Assembly (NCBI GenBank): GCA_963699545.1
Contig: CAVOUE010000003.1
Location: 448,001-512,000 of the forward strand
Direction: 5' to 3'
Length of the DNA stretch: 64,000 nt
Origin: Nitrospirota bacterium
Lineage (GTDB): Bacteria; Nitrospirota; Thermodesulfovibrionia; Thermodesulfovibrionales; UBA9159
Part shown: positions 62,216 to 64,000 of the stretch, in pieces
How positions within the stretch are numbered: the stretch's first letter is position 1
Layout of the letters: each line of letters starts with the position of its first letter
Position numbers and translations under genes: made by a program
Notes under the pieces: model-generated
Seen by the model: the letters and a program-made list of their open reading frames with translations, nothing else
What the model was told of the DNA's origin: nothing
Databases searched by the model: none

Positions 62216-62458
62216 TTCCCACCAACTGTGTAACCCCTGAACTACTTCCTAAACTTGACAACAGTTCCGATGTCCTGAATCTACCTCTTTCCGCTCGAAC
62301 ATCTCAGAATCCGGCAATCGTGGCTCACGTTAATTACTTCCGATACACCACAGCGTCGATGAGAGCGGACAGTGCATAGGTTTTTTCTTGCAACAAATGT
62401 CGGGTCTGACCTTGCTGACATGCAATCTTGTGGATGGTGTACAGGCGCTTATCGCAGT

Positions 62459-63661
62459 TCAGAAAATGACGCTGAGAAATTTTGTGAGCAGCACTTCCAG
62501 CGGCATGATGGTAAGAGCAAGGGGAAGAACAGGCAGCGAGAGGATGACGAGGAACTGAACGACCGTTTCTTTGGTGAAAGGGATAGGCCGGATGCCCCTG
62601 ATTATTTCGAAGCTGTTTCCCAGGTCGGCGAGAGACTGTATATCGCCACTCCCGATCAGCTGCTCATCCCCCGGCGCGCCGCCGCGAACCCATTTCTGAT
62701 CGAACTCTTCGACATATCGGCTCGCCAGCTTCCCGTACTCGCGCAGGCCATCTCTCTTGGCACGCATCAAGTGCGGGGTGAAGACAAGGAGTGGTCCCAA
62801 CACCAGTATCATGACCAGGGCGGCAACGACGCCAGCCTCCACTTTGAAATCCAACAACTTCGCTCCTGTATAAAAGATCCGGTTGGCTATCAGTCCCGAA
62901 AGCAGCACCCCATGTGCCACGATGAACAGCGACATGGCATGGACGCTTACCGAGAGGAAACCGAGACCCGCCGCGCGGTCGGGGTGTGTCGGAATAAGGT
63001 GCAGGTCGAGCCTTGAGACCTGCCAAAGGAAGCGCGCCCATACGAAAAGCCGAAAATACCAGCGGATAAAAATGAACTGAAAGAAAGGCCGGCTCACAAA
63101 ACCATACCAGTATCCCGCGGGCGACAGCTGCATGCCTGCGTCGCTCTTTGCCGCATACCAGGTTGCGATCTCTTGAACGGTCTTCTCCATGCCGCTCATC
63201 GCGCTCCAGATAAAATGACCTGCTACGAAGGCAAACAGGAGGAGCCCTACCTCAACAGCAATCGAGTTCCTCAACCTCATGGCGGAATCGATGATCGCGC
63301 CGAATCGCGGAAGCAACTCCTCAGGAACAATTCCCCTGTCCAGGAACTGTTGCACAATCGTCCTGATCCGTTTATGGACCATGAGCTCAGCAAGGATGAA
63401 CAAGGGCAGCACGAGCAGAAACCGCAGCTGCATTTCGATGTCATAGAGAAAAGGTATCTTTACACCGCCCAGTGCCTTGCCGTCAAGCAGGGTGAGAAGA
63501 AAGAGCGGCAGCCACGCGAAGAGGGTGATAACGACAATGCGCTGCTTGAGGTGCCCGAGGGCAGAATCCTCCAGCCGCGCACGAATCAGGAGCTGGTACA
63601 GTGGCCCGCCAAGTACAAGCGAGAAATCTTGCGATTTTTTGAAATACTCCGACTCGTTCAT
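62459..63661 (-). CDS. Hypothetical integral membrane protein
   Basis: 400 aa, multiple TM segments, FSLVLGGPL, HPDRAAGLGFL, DIQSLADLGNS. Confidence 0.85.
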   Translation of the reverse strand: MNESEYFKKSQDFSLVLGGPLYQLLIRARLEDSALGHLKQRIVVITLFAWLPLFLLTLLDGKALGGVKIPFLYDIEMQLRFLLVLPLFILAELMVHKRIRTIVQQFLDRGIVPEELLPRFGAIIDSAMRLRNSIAVEVGLLLFAFVAGHFIWSAMSGMEKTVQEIATWYAAKSDAGMQLSPAGYWYGFVSRPFFQFIFIRWYFRLFVWARFLWQVSRLDLHLIPTHPDRAAGLGFLSVSVHAMSLFIVAHGVLLSGLIANRIFYTGAKLLDFKVEAGVVAALVMILVLGPLLVFTPHLMRAKRDGLREYGKLASRYVEEFDQKWVRGGAPGDEQLIGSGDIQSLADLGNSFEIIRGIRPIPFTKETVVQFLVILSLPVLPLALTIMPLEVLLTKFLSVIF

Positions 63662-64000
63662 ATCACCGTCAGGAGCCCATAAAGATGTGCATCAAGATCA
63701 TTTTGTCATCCTTACATGACTGTTGAGATAAAGTTGCCTCTTGGCAACACAGTCTATTACATTATAGACCTAATTTGTCCACAGAGGAAGGGTTATATCG
63801 GTAACTGTGATGCTGCAAAAAGGGCGGCAGCGAGTAGAACCGTCCCAAAAGAATGAAGATTTGACCCTCGGTCTTCCCTTCCTCTCACTCGAAGTCTCGC
63901 AACAAGTTCATTTTTTTTGCATCATGGCTCTCCTCGACATCAACCAACAATTATGGGGCAATATGATCATTGAAACTTCAAATTGACAGGGGACCTTATG

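Overview
A 64 kb chromosomal window from an anaerobic Gram-negative bacterium. Gene content and protein style suggest Nitrospirota (Thermodesulfovibrionia-like), but that is an inference. The backbone is housekeeping and metabolic: lipA, csp, larC, system II cytochrome c biogenesis, htpX, fabF, rodZ-thiD-radA, ExeA/TPR, corrinoid activator, panC, ABC-F, DEAD-box helicase, msrAB, mutY, ispG and mltG. About 13 genes, including normally essential ones, carry single-base indels, which most likely are long-read assembly errors. Main points of interest: (1) an AT-richer island at 2.9-9.5 kb encoding a small protein, ORF6N, a beta-class DNA methyltransferase with a C-terminal extension, a winged-helix-like unknown, a 796-aa MORC/GHKL-type ATPase and a Fic-HTH protein, with no recognisable nuclease; this is the best candidate for an undescribed defence/modification system. 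(2) A second mini-island at 32.7-37.5 kb with an Eco29kI-family GIY-YIG endonuclease, a REP-flanked N4-cytosine-type methyltransferase behind an orphan Phd antitoxin, and an orphan pPIWI_RE_Y-like protein. (3) A compact reductase-Spt-ceramide synthase (sphingolipid) operon. (4) An ALDH-aminotransferase-ArcE-like operon. (5) Two integrase-less integron remnants, one bracketed by a 23-bp direct repeat. (6) A Fis-type HTH inserted in ResB, a stand-alone IF2 C-terminal protein, and translated heptamer-repeat insertions in housekeeping genes. I saw no rRNA, tRNA or CRISPR array.
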